Shown here piece by piece: positions 48,601-61,683 of a stretch of 64,000 bases of DNA. The notes beneath the pieces are model-generated. The model had not been told where the DNA came from. It made no database searches and saw only the letters and a program-made list of their open reading frames with translations. The DNA is from Mytilus californianus (taxonomy: Eukaryota): positions 89,528,001-89,592,000 of the forward strand of contig NW_026262679.1 in assembly GCF_021869535.1 (NCBI RefSeq), read 5' to 3'. Numbering within the stretch: the first letter of the stretch is position 1; the number at the start of each line of letters is the position of its first letter. The position numbers and the translations under genes were made by a program.

Positions 48601-50191
48601 TAAGGATTTGTATCTATACAAATCCTTGGTGATAGTCAGAGTCTTACTTCTAATCTGGAACCAATAGATAACAGGGGGCGGATCCAGGATTTTGGAAAGG
48701 GGGGGTGTAGTATGTAAAGTTGGCCGAGCGGAGCGAGGCGAAAAAATTTTTGGACCTATTTTTGGATAAAAAAAAACATAAAATAAGTGTAAAATGAACT
48801 TTTTTAACGGTTTCTGACGTGGGGCATGTATATTTTATAGTTAAAGTGTAAGGGTTGGACATTTTTGATGCCGTATTCTCCCCATTAATTGTCTATTATA
48901 AAATGATTGGATGGATCCAAAGCTATGTACTGATATATTTGATGTGGGATTTGTCAGTAAAAAATGGACATGGAAAATTCTCGTTTGTTTTAAGGTTAGT
49001 AAGCATAACCTCACAGATTTCTTGTTGAAAACAATTATACGGTCATTCAATGAAATTTACAATACGACAGACACGAACAAAGACAAACTAGAAATTTTTA
49101 TCCAAATGTTTGGTTGAAATGTTTCACCCAACAAGGGAAGTGAGGGGTTCCAAATCAACCAAAGGCTACGAATGAGTCTGAAATGACAACGAAGTTGTTA
49201 ATGACGGTCGACAAATGGAGACATAAAGGCCACACCGAGCAGGCAGGTTGCAGTCGGGCCTTGAAAAAAGTATTCAGCATATCAGTTCGGCGAAATAGAC
49301 ATTCCGGTCAGATATGGGATTTACAACATGCAAACCCCCGGCCCCAAAAAAATTACGCCCGTTTTTCATTCATCATGTTCATTTAATTCTCAATAATTCT
49401 GCGGGAAATCTTTGTTTCTAATAGCAAAAAAGTGGACAAGATTACCGGTATTGTTTTCAATCCAGATACGGCCAGAATTTTTCAACGGTTTAAGGCAAAA
49501 ATCAGGGTCAGAATTTTTTCTCTAAAAATATCTGACTGCTCCCTCAAATCAAATGGTCCGTACCTTAGATTTTAAATCTACCTAGAGCTTACTGACTGGG
49601 GTTTATTATTCAGCAATGTTATTAATGGGCTGGGGCGTGTGGAACTTTTTTTTTTCATGAGAGTGTAATAGAGTATTACTTTCTGTTTGGTGGAATTGTG
49701 AAATAGAAGTCAATACGTTCTTGCTCGATCCTTTGTCGCTTTGAAGGATTTTGAGGGCATTTTTTTCAAGTTATACTGACCTGGGATATCTATATATGTT
49801 CCTGTACTGACACTTAAAAGAGCCCGCTCTGTTTTTTATTCCCTTAGCCTTTTATTCACGTTTTTAATAGTATACTGGCAAATAAGAAACACCAAATGCT
49901 CGTTGTAGTCGAATCAGATACTTATGTATAAAGCTGGGACCTTTTACACTCCAAGCTACATGCAAGCCGGGACTAATCTCTGACATTTATAGATCTGTGA
50001 GTCCCAGATGCAGATGCAAGGTACTGTGTTTTTATTCAGGACTATGTTTTTTTTTAATAGTAGACATATATACACATATGTCTCTAGTTGTATCCGAAAA
50101 ATAAGAACGTCTTAAACAGAATAAAATGCACCCCCGCAATTTTTTCAGCAATTATGTATATTCATACCTGTGAAAAAAATAATGAATCACA

Positions 50192-50246
50192 GTCACGTGA
50201 TAGCCATATTTGGAACTAATTGGGGTCAAGGTATTAACCGGAAGTG
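50192..50246 (+). promoter_or_regulatory. Housekeeping-type promoter motifs: E-box GTCACGTGA and ETS site ACCGGAAGTG
   Basis: GTCACGTGA at 50192-50200 and ACCGGAAGTG at 50237-50246, followed ~70 nt later by a strong donor (GA|gtaagt, 50317/50318). Confidence 0.6.
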
Positions 50247-50291
50247 CAGAAGTCGAAATTTTCACAATTTAAATATACACACACAGTCAGA

Positions 50292-50317
50292 ATGAAGACA
50301 AAACGAAAGAAAATAGA
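50292..50317 (+). CDS. Putative first coding exon (MKTKRKKI-) of an unidentified gene
   Basis: cagaATG after the promoter motifs, ending in a phase-2 GA|gtaagt donor; could instead be a 5' UTR exon with a uORF. Confidence 0.4.
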
Positions 50318-51195
50318 GTAAGTTGAGGATCAATATATCCAATGTGTATTCTCATGAACTAATTTACTAACAAACAATCATAAAACATAACTATAATGAC
50401 ATTGTACTAAAACAATAACAACACGTATTCTCAGAACCGAGAACGACAGGTGCCCCCCTTTACCGTTTAGCCGGGATCTGTTTTTGTACTATGACAGCCA
50501 AATCAGAAGAATATCAACTGTCCTAACCTGCATATTCCGATAGAAATTAGGTGCATTTTGCTTATATCTTATTTATGTTGTAACTTTTGATTTGTCATGA
50601 ACTAATGTCTTTTTGTAAATCAAATTTCAAATCCCAATTTCTACTGTTCTATATGTGGATATCTGCAATACATATTGGTGAAAAATTCCATACAGCAGAT
50701 TTACCTTACTATTCATCAGCACACAGCAGGTTAAGAATAAACAAAAACTAACATGTATTTGCTAGAAAAAGAAAAATTATGTATGCTAGCAACAACTGTA
50801 CTGGGTTAAAGCAGGTATCCACATTTACAAGCAAAATTTCTATATACATGCATTATTTTTTCAAATTAAGTCAAGGGTTTTTAATATGTTGGTTTACAGA
50901 TCTGCTGACCCATTTTTTTCTGATTTGCAGAAAGCGGTGAAAAATTGTTATTTTTATGTTATTTTTATTCCCACCAAATCTATAGCTACCAAATATATTT
51001 TCCCTGAAATATAAATCTGTGTAGTAGCATTTAACTTAAATTATGTGCATTATTGTAATAAATAGAAAGATGACACATCGACGGTTGTGTTTAATAAAAA
51101 CCTCAAATGCATGTGTGAATTCTAAAAATAGGCAATCATTATCTATGTCCAAACTGGAAAAATGTTCTGTAAAAAGTGACTGCCCCTCATTTGTA

Positions 51196-51418
51196 AGCCT
51201 CCTCATGGGGTTTTTGATTATGTGATAACTTGGACATTTTTATAGTGATTATTTGATTACCAGACCAAATATTTCATGATTATTTGATTATTTGATAATC
51301 TAGGACTGTATTTTTGATTATTTGGTTATCGTGTTTAAAAAAATAATTAATGATTATGTGATTATATTGGCAAAAAATTTGTGGTTATGTGATTACTTGG
51401 ACACCCCCATGAGGGGCC
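51196..51418. mobile_element. MULE-like MITE with 9-bp TSD
   Basis: Imperfect TIRs (cctcatgggg / ccccatgagg), direct repeat TCATTTGTA at 51187-51195 and 51419-51427, internal gatta repeats. Confidence 0.65.
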
Positions 51419-54400
51419 TCATTTGTATATCAAATGCAGGGTTAAATGGCAAAAAAGTACAAAGCCAATATCCCAATCTGTCACATTGGATGGGTCTACT
51501 TCGCGAGTGGTAAACTACATTTTTCTTGTTTTCAATTTCATTTCACATGCTTTCCTGTATGACATGTATGAAGCTCATTATTCACCATGTTTCTGGAAAA
51601 TTGATAGAAAGCAACATTTAAGCTATTTTTCATTCATTGTGAAATGACCATTTATGTCCCATTTGTAAGTGCTCACAACCCCCTTTTTACGAATTTATGT
51701 GAGATGACATGCATTGTATATTTAAAACAGCAGGGAAAAAATGTTTGGCACTAAAATTACACAAATATTGTAATAAGGCTGTAATTATATACATCATGTA
51801 CATGTTTGTGTGTTGCAAAAAAGATTTTTACATTTTTTTTCAACCAACCGACCCGAATGTTTCACATCAAATATCTGTAAACCAACAAATTAAAAAACCC
51901 TGGCATAAAGATACTTGTTCCAGCCCTAGTCCAGATTATCATGACATTATATACAATTATATTTCCCTTTGAATCCATTTCTGTCCTATGTGTCTTCAGA
52001 GTTATGATTCCATGCCATTCCTCTCAATGGAGCAAAATCTAATTAGTAATTTAAAAGGAATAAAGTGGTTTATGCCCTTAACATAATACAGTACCTTGAA
52101 ATCACCAAAAAGAGCTCTTTATTTCCTGAAAGTTCTATTTTATATGGTATCATACCAGTAATTTTGATAACAAGACTATAATATATGTCATTTTTACTCA
52201 AAGTACATTTCAAATTCAGAAATACAATTGTTGTGTCTTGAACATGTATGCAAATTCCTTGAATAACAATATGCCAAAGTTTATACCAATAACTATGCCC
52301 ACCATATTGTTATATTTAAACTAAAAATTGGCAAGCAGATCTGTATATATTGACTTTTAAAATTTTTGTTTTTCTCAGAATTTTTAAAAACTATAAGGAA
52401 AAATTTAATTATCTATCTGTTATGGTAAATTCATACCTTTAGACTTAAGTATAAAATTGAAAACATTATACAACTTTCAGTACATGTCTTTTTCATTGCC
52501 AGACACAGTGGAATGTACCTTTTCAGCCTTTTGTGTACAAAACCTTGGATGAATCCCAACCAAACAGAAATTGCTTTGAAATGAAAAGTTCTTAATTTTA
52601 AAAAAAATATAATGTAAAAATTAAAATATAATAACATCATTTAAGTTTAAAAGCTTGTCATAACAATTTACAAGTGTGTATACAAATTATACTGATAAAT
52701 TGAAACACGATTGTGTTTGCTTTGATCTATTTTATTCAACTTTTATAAGAGATTTATCCATTAGATTTCTCATTCATTTGATATTTTAGTTCAAACTAAC
52801 TTACATATTGACCATGACATCACTGAGAATCAGTGAGGAAATAATACCCCAACAGGTAAAATTATGTTTATGACTTTCTGACAAAGACTTTATGTACCTG
52901 TATTAGAACTGACCACATGAATGTTGATGAGTCAGAACATTTTGGTTACTGCACCCACTCAACCTCCTGGCCATGATTTTTTTTCAAAATATTTATGATG
53001 TAAATTTAGGCTACTGTGATAGTTTAGTTACAGAAAAGAGGAAAAAATTGTGTCTAAATGTGATGATTTTTATTTTGAAAAGATGTGAAAAATATTTATA
53101 AATACTATTCAATTCTATAGGAATGCCTGGTATAATATATCTGTCTGTCATTTGTCCAGAGGACTTCTCAGGTATAGAAATAAATAATGCATGATTTTCT
53201 ATTTTATTAAGCACTATATTATACAAAAACTGTCCTCTAATAATCTCAAGTTCATTATTTTCTGTCATTGTACGAAAAAAATCCATTTTGTCTTTCAGAA
53301 ATGGTGATATTTATCCGCAAAATGAGTTAATGAAGGAATTTGATCCAATAAAGAAAATTTTGAATTGAATTACAACTTGGCCTTCAATACATTAAAAATA
53401 TTAGATGATAAAGCATAGCATTAGGTAAATGGTAATATAACATACCACTTCATTGGTTAAACATAAAGAGTAGACTTCTTGTTGACAAAAATTCATTTAA
53501 GTGAAAATATTTCTTGCATAAATGCACTTGATAGTATAAACACCCTAAAATTATTGTTGTGTAACTTCAGTAACATATATTTTTTTAATCCCCATCAGCT
53601 GTTTTTTTTCTGTATAATTTACCAATATATATTTATGATATTGTGTTTTTCCACAAGTAAATACTTTTGTACATTTGTCATTCTTTGATATTTTTGTTGA
53701 CATCTATTTTAGTTTGTTATGAAATTTGTCGACATATTTTGTATTTTAACTTTTAATTTCTAAAAATTATTTTTATTTGACTTTTCATTAAAATATCTTA
53801 ACTGTTTTTGAGATCATTTAATAAAAGCAAGGATTTGTATAGTCAGATCTATACAAATCCTTGAAAAAAGCAAAATAAAATTTCTATGATTAGTCAACCA
53901 ACTATAGAGGGGAGATAACTCAAAATAAATTAAACACTTTCACACCTTTGTCATATAATTTGCTTCATTGATTTTTTAGTTAATCCCTAGAGGCTGTTAA
54001 CTCATTGAACTGTCCAGTCCAGGTGATTGTCCATACATAATAAAGATTTATTATCCCCAGGTATTGAAAATTGATCAAGCATTACTTGTATAGGTGCTCA
54101 TTTGAACAGGTAATCTCAAAATCATTATGGTCAGTTTGGACTTTGTTTGATGTTGGAGTGTGTAAATAATGAAATGTCATGCATACAATTTAGCCAGAAA
54201 GTGATTTATTGAAATGAACTTTTAATCTTAGAAATTGTGCTATAATATCCACCATGAAATGGTCTGTATTATCAGGTATGTGCTATTTTAAAATTTCTGT
54301 TATCTAGACATTAGAATTTATGAGAAAATATATTTCATTTTTTGATCAATTGTTGTGTGCTTAGTGTCTTTAACTTTATGATAATGCACTTAAATAAGGA

Positions 54401-55126
54401 GTCAATGCTCCGAATTTAAGTTATGGGATACATCATAATAAATAAATATTGGTAAAGTTGGTTAAGTTACATCAAGCTTAAATATCTTACAGCAGAAAAA
54501 TCAAGATTTTCAACATTTTTTAAAAGGAATATGGAAGTTTCACATGTATAATTTTACATTGTTTCATTATCTCTTACTTCATGGACTGACTTTTCAATTG
54601 GTTAAAGGTACACTGTACTAATTTGTTTATATTCTTCGAATGCTTTACTAAAAAAAAACATCCTTTATTTATGTGGTACTAATCAGTAGTGTAGTAGTGT
54701 GAAAGTAAAGAACATTATGACATAAACCAAACTGGTTACAATGTCAATGTACAATGTCTATTTGTTGTGCCTAACAGAAGTTCCTCTGGAATCTTTTTAA
54801 CAAATATTCTATACCTTTATTCCATTAGGAACAAATACTGTAATATTTGTTCCAGTGGAAATTATATTCCAGAATGTTTCTTCTGTCTGGAACTAATGAT
54901 ATGAAGGAACTTCTATTTCATGACAACAATAGGAAATTAAATGCTACATGTATTTCCTCTTTTACTGTATGGACTCCCCTTAAGGCTCTTGTTCAAGTCA
55001 AGTGGATTTAGAACATGATGGTTCCATTGGAAAATTTTGATAGAGGACCAGAAATCAGAACCTTGATTTTGATGAAATTAAAGAAATGGAAAAAATTATG
55101 TTTTTGATTTTCAAAATTTGTTATAC

Positions 55127-55243
55127 ATGTATGTACATTTTTTGAACACTATAAGCATGATAAGTGATCAGATCTGAACATTCTGTTAAACATGTATGTA
55201 CATTTTTTGAACACTATACATAAGTGATCAGATCTGAACATTT
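55127..55243 (+). repeat. Tandem duplication, ~63 bp x 2
   Basis: acatgtatgtacattttttgaacactata...taagtgatcagatctgaacatt occurs twice. Confidence 0.8.
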
Positions 55244-57811
55244 GATTATGCACATTATCGTTAACCTGATCTCATGTATATTTGAAGTCATACATAGGTC
55301 AATTTTCAACATTACATTTCAGCTTTAACATATTACCAATTTAACTTCATGGTCTATTCTACAACTCCGATTCTGTTATCTCCATATTTATAGCTTGTCA
55401 TATTTGTCCTGAAGACATATTTCTAAAATTAGAGGTAAAATAACTATTTTCGGACTCCAGCAAAATACATCAATTTGCCCTTTAGTTTAATAAGACTTGG
55501 TATTATTTATAACAAGACTGATACTGAAGTTTAAACTGTTACCGAATTTTAAACCAGGCAACGATTGCATGTTCACATTGGTGTCAACTGTCGATCAGCT
55601 GTTCAAGGAGATTCACTTGACTGAGCATGTATATAAAAAGAGACTTTAACTTTTCATGTTACCAGACCGATTGTTGGTCTCTTTGGTCCAGTTCTAGGGG
55701 AATATTGTGTGAAAAGGTCTAATAGATAACTTTTTGATGAAGTTTTGATTAATTTTTGGGAAACAAAATTTCAAAAAAGGTAAATACAGTAGTTATTCAG
55801 TTATTTCAAGTGGATGGATTTTTTTTTTTGAGACAGAACAGAGTTCATTCAAACATTAGCTAATGTGCAGGACTGGTGATAAAGATACATTTGCTCTTTA
55901 TTTGGAAAATTCAAAGAAAGCAACTATTTTTATTTATAAAGATATAAAATATCATTCTTTGTAATATTAAGTATTTGGCATTAAGAGTTTTGTAAATGAG
56001 GCCATTTGAAAGCAATTGTCAAGTTTTTATTTTCAGGTTTAATTTTTTACCAATTTTTTTTTCTTTTTCCGATTTATTCATGAAAATGCAGGATTTCTTT
56101 ATTATTGACATAAGTCTTGCACAGCTGGCATTAAGCACATACAGTGAAAAAAAAGAAGTAAATTTGATATTGTCAAGTAATTGAAACAAGTTTGTAATCT
56201 TATCAGATACTTTATAATCCTAGATTAATTAGGGATAATTTGATTAAGACTTTTGTTATTGTATTCAGAGCAATAATTCTTCAAAAGGACATGTCTAACC
56301 TTCTGACACCAACCTGTATATCAGTAGATGTGATGTATATATTTTGTCCTGTACATGTGTGTTGACAATGTTGTGACAACAAGAAGAAGATTAAATTTGT
56401 CTGAGACCATTTTGTTTAGTCAGCAGAGTTTTTAATCTAATGGTCAAATATTTTGCTATAGACATCAGTATAGTCAAACTAGTATTTATATGGTATGATT
56501 TCATTGTATATAGATCTTGATTCATTTATCATGTTTATGCATGTTGGTGTTCTTAGAAATGCCATAAGAAGATAAATTACTTGACTTTCATTTTACAATT
56601 GAGTTTTTCAATTCTGGGCACCTGATTTTTTTTAAAAATTATTAGTAATAAGAGTTTTTGTTTCTTTATGGTAATTATTCATAACAAGTTGCTGTACCAT
56701 TACATTAGCATTGATGTACTGGAACCCTAAGGTCATCATAATAGATATTATACTAAATTAAAAGCAATCATGATCAAACTATCATGACTGCAATATTTAT
56801 ATTGCTGCAAAGTCCATTAAAATTAAAGAATCTTTGCCCTAGTTCTAACCATCTAAGAGAATTGTATAGAAATACAGAGATCTGGTATGATAGCCAATGA
56901 TACAATCACCCCCAAGAGTACAATTGACATTGATGCAAGCAACTGTAGGTCACTGTGCAACCTTCAACAATGATCAAAACCCATACCTTTTATGAAGCAT
57001 TTGTTTAAGTTATATTAAACTATTTGGTTAACAATTTTGTTACAGTTACAAATTACTTAAACATGTAAACATTTGTATATACCAGAATAAACATGATAAA
57101 TCCAGTAGCAAGTAGGCTTGACGAACAGGAAACTATCAGAGAGGGATGTTGTAAATTTAACAAAAAAGATGTGTAATTGGATTGTCTATTTTAGACAATC
57201 TTGTCAAAAAGATAAATTTTGTCTTGTATGTATCAAATGTGGAAATGGGTTTGTTGACCTTGCATCAGACTTGTGTCACATTTCAGTGTTTAAGTTTATT
57301 TTGATACTGAACTTTGTAAAGACGAAAAGATGTTGAAGAAAATATGATGTATTAATAATTTAGTTAATAGATTTATTATGTTTTTCATATTAATATAAAA
57401 CATGTAATTTAAATTTTGTATGTTGAAATATAACGGGAAGTAAAATTTGTAGAAGTAATGTACTTTTGGTCTGATTTTGGTCTAACCCTTATTGCAAAAA
57501 ATATTTTTTAAGTTTAAGCCAAGTCTAGAATATAGATAAGATAGCACTTGGGTATAAAAATGAGTCCATGTACATTATGATTAAAGCTTATACACATTGA
57601 GGGTAAGTGATCAAACCTAATTGTAACTAGTACAAGGAATAAGCAGAATAAGCATATATACATTATAGATTATCATAATGTAAACACATATTCTGTATTA
57701 TGAAGGACCAGCAGAAAATTTATCAATTGGTCCTTCAGGCCTCTGCTTATTTTTTTTTTTTGAATTCTGTCAGTTATTAAATCATATGTTCTTTATTTGG
57801 TAAATCTCTTA

Positions 57812-58509
57812 TTTGTTAGCTACCTGAGGTGAGCTTTTCTCATCACTTGGTGTCCGTCGGCTTCCGTTAAACTTTTACAAAAATCTTCTCCTCTGAAACT
57901 ACCAGGCCAAATCTAATCAAACTTTGCCACAATCATCTTTGGGGTTTTTAGTTTTAAAAATGTGTCCGATGTCCCGCCTGCCAACCAAGATGTCCGACAT
58001 GGCTAAAAATAGAACATAGGGGTAAAATACAAGTTTTTGTCTATTATATTGAAAACCGCTATAAATAGAGAAAATACAACAAGGCAGAAATGTTCAGAAT
58101 GTTGAGTTCTACCAATTGTACATTTAAGTCAAAACTGTCAGGTGACTTCTAATAGGAGTTATTGCCCTTAAATTTTACCCTTTGATGAAGATTTTAACAA
58201 TTTTTTTTGCTTTTTTGCCTTATATCTTTAAAATTAGAATATAAAAATAGAAAATTAAAATAACAAAAATGATCAGCAAGGTAAGATCTATAAAGAAGTC
58301 AAATTTTCACCCTCTTTTGTGTTTTGAGCAAAAACTAAAAGAAGATAGAGAGAAACTAAACAGACAAAATGATCAGCAATACAAGATCAGCAAAACAGAG
58401 ATATTTGTCATGAATTCTATTCTTGACTACAATGTTGGAGAGTGTCCTTTGTTGAATATGCACATAGACCTAGGTGAGGGACACAGGCTCTTTCGATCCT
58501 CTAGTTTTT
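57812..58509 (+). mobile_element. HINE-type element
   Basis: 5' ttagctacctg-aggtgagc hairpin, gtccgtc, ggagttattgccctt repeats, 3' taggtgagggacacaggctctttcgatcctctagtt. Confidence 0.7.
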
Positions 58510-59512
58510 AATTTTTGAAGAGTTTCAAATGTTTCCCAAATGTTTTAATGGCAATGACTAAATAGTTGAAATAAATTTATTTGTTTATTTGAAAGGAGTT
58601 TTGAAGAAAATTTTATTAGTTATAAACCATGTCACATTGAAAGTGAGAGGGTAAGAGAAAAATTTGCTGAGCAAAGATATAATTGAGTAAACATGGTAAA
58701 TAAGTAAAACTTTATAGAACTGTTATAATAAAGATTTGAATTCAAAACATGTCCATGTCAAATTGAAGAGCAATTATTTTATCCTGATAATAAGTCGTAA
58801 ATATCTTACATGATATTATGTAAAAAGTCATAAAGTTGTGACTTGTATGTAATAAATACATGTATTACACAGGTTGTCTGCTAACACCTTTTAGTGTGTT
58901 GGCGTCATAAATACAACTTTTGGTCGGGCGAACTGCTGATCAGTATATTTTGATGGAATGATTTATGTTGTGATGTGGTAAAATATAAATTCACATGCAC
59001 ACATTGTAAAAGGTCATGATATAATTCAGAGTAAGAATAGTCTGTGAAGATTTCCTGACTGTCCAATGATAATATTGATGAGTCATATTAGCATTGCAGT
59101 TGTAGAGGATGAAGGATGATAAGTCTGTACACTGTCCTTATATTTTGAAAATGGCAGGACATTCAAAAACGTATGAATTTATTTTGTAATGATTCCTTCT
59201 AGTCTTTATAAAAATAAGGAGATGTGGTATGATTGCCATTGAAACACTATCCACCAAAGTTCAAATGAAGTGAATGTAAGTTGATTCAACTATCTAATTG
59301 AAAACAAAATGTTGCAGTTTTTGGAAATTTGATAAAAAGTCTGGGAAATTCCAAAAAATGCTTACTAGGCACTTCCTGTTCTAAATTGTCCATTTATTGG
59401 AGTTGACAGATGTGGGTTGTACAATAGATATGCAGTTTTTGGTTTACATACACAATGTTTGAATACTTGATTATTTTCTTTTGTAGGACTTGTAGACATT
59501 TACCAGATTTAA

Positions 59513-60295
59513 ATGAGGCCCAAACTTTCCAACACGATGAAGGAGCGTAGGCTGTCTGCTTCACTCTCCCTAGAGAATCTTATTATGGATTTTGAAAACC
59601 CGTTCACCCCTATTCAGAAGAACTACAATAATGCTATTCTACGACAATCTCATGCCAAACAATTGTTGGTTGGTGTTACATCATTTGAGATATATCGTAA
59701 CAGAGTACCAAAGAAAGTGAAATTATTGGATGTCAAGTTATCATTCTCATACCAAGATAACTACCAAACTGAAACAGATCTGTTGGAGAAAGAACTTGTC
59801 CGTAAAGGCAAGAAATGGAATTGGCCATTACAAAAGGGACAGAATCACATTATAACATTCCCATATGCTCCTGGGGATCGTGTCAATCTAAATTTTGGCA
59901 TGACTGTATTTAAGACAAAGAAAATGAGCGTGTTTAGCTCTGAGACTTTAACATCACCTGTGGGAAATGTTACTGACTGTTTTGTCCTCGCCAAAAATAA
60001 TGGAGTTGGAATTGGACTTCCAATCGACACTGTGATCACAAATCATGTTAGACTGAACTTCAGTTTAGATGGTTATGCTCATCACATGACCATCAAACTA
60101 AAACTTGGTTTGATTGAAGAAAGTAGCGGAAATCCATCACTGTGGCTGCGACCAATCTCTATAGACAAACCTTTCAGAAGTTCACAGACTTTATTGGAAA
60201 TGTTAGGTGATCCAACTACCTTTCCTCCAATGTCAAAAGGCAGTGCAGAAGAATTGGTGAAACACAGAAGCTTTATAGCCAGCTCACAGAAGTAA
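59513..60295 (+). CDS. Uncharacterised 260-aa protein, beta-rich (possibly C2-like fold)
   Basis: 783-nt stop-free ORF in AT-rich DNA. It is preceded by an acceptor (ttttcttttgtag|, exon from 59487) and an in-frame TAA directly before the ATG. No family was recognised with confidence. Confidence 0.75.
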   Translation: MRPKLSNTMKERRLSASLSLENLIMDFENPFTPIQKNYNNAILRQSHAKQLLVGVTSFEIYRNRVPKKVKLLDVKLSFSYQDNYQTETDLLEKELVRKGKKWNWPLQKGQNHIITFPYAPGDRVNLNFGMTVFKTKKMSVFSSETLTSPVGNVTDCFVLAKNNGVGIGLPIDTVITNHVRLNFSLDGYAHHMTIKLKLGLIEESSGNPSLWLRPISIDKPFRSSQTLLEMLGDPTTFPPMSKGSAEELVKHRSFIASSQK

Positions 60296-61520
60296 GCTTC
60301 AATTTAAAACTGAATTAGTATTTCTTTTAGACGATACATATTCGTTACAAAATTTAAGAAATAATAATATAATTACAATATCTAAATCAAAGGTAAGCCA
60401 GATTTTTTATTACAAATATGAATCAAATGTTTTGAGCTGTTCTAGTTATAAGTTTCAATTATCCGCTAGCATCAAAGTAGTGGATAGATCACAGCTACAT
60501 GTACAATTCATCTACCTATAACACTGTATATCTAGGCCACTATTGCAACAAGTCTTCATCAGACTGCATTGTATGTCCACTTTTAGGATTTTGGTTTGCA
60601 TGATCCCTTTTTAATTTCCAAGTTAGACACCAAGGTCACGCATTGACCCAAGTGATTTAAACTCGTCCAAAATCTAGAGCATTAGTCCTGCATTATATAT
60701 TCTTCTAATTTGTCTCCAGTCTGTTTGTCCATGAAGAAAGCTTGAAGCTTATTTTATTCAAGGTCAAATACCAACATGAAAGTAACAACATACTGTAATA
60801 TGGGAGATAATCAGATTAAAACATGGGTAGTTTTGGGTACCCTGGAGCTCTTGTCTGAAATTTAGTTTCTTTCCAAAATCATCCATGCTATGTCATTGGA
60901 AAAACTTAAACTTAATTGATTTCAAGGTCATATATATCTGACATCAAGATTACCCAAAAATATAGAAAAAAATACCATTTGAATTATGTTTGATTGTTAT
61001 GGGCACTCTGCTTTTTAGGTTTTAGTGGTATTTAACATTGTCCCTTTTAACTCATTCTATCAGATAAGGCTAAATTGATTGGTTCTTTTATATAAGTCTG
61101 ACAATAAGATTTAGATATGTTTGAAACTTGGTTTGAATTCTTGTTTCAGGAAGAGATTTCTTTTCTTGGATATGGCATTAATTTTTGAATACTGTAAATT
61201 CAGAATTTATTGCATGCATTTAACATAAATGTTTAATTTTGTGATTTTTTCGGGAATGGAAAAAAATGTGAGATGAATTTTTGCAATTTCAGGAAAATCT
61301 GCATTACAGATATATGTATCAGATATTAGAATGAGAGTTCTTATTATTGTGATAATCACCAAGTCACATTATTCACATTAATAAAACCTTGCAATAACTT
61401 CTTAAATAATTACCATTTCTAATATTTTTAGACTTGACCATCATATATACTAAAATCTTGGTTTTCCATAAGATCTTCTAGCACAAATTAAACCATGTAT
61501 CTATTATTTTTTTTTATCAG

Positions 61521-61683
61521 AATGGTGAACTATTTAAGATCAGGTGTTTTGGATTGTTGGTCTGTACGACCATGCTCAGGCGCTTCAGAACTGCCGTCCG
61601 GTATCCAGATCAGAATGGCCACCTCTAACAAACCAATAGCCTGTATACTTCCTGTCGTGGAAAGATTGGAAACTCTGCCAGAT
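61521..61683 (+). CDS. Putative internal exon of an unidentified gene
   Basis: Polypyrimidine acceptor ttttttatcag|A, open frame MVNYLRSGVLDCWSVRPCSGASELPSGIQIRMATSNKPIACILPVVERLETLPD, donor GAT|gtatgt. Locally GC-richer and phase-compatible with the 50292-50317 exon. Confidence 0.45.

Noticed and set aside
48673-48760. cagggggcggatccagg hAT-like terminus
   Set aside because: Only one end was found, so no element boundaries or TSD can be supported.
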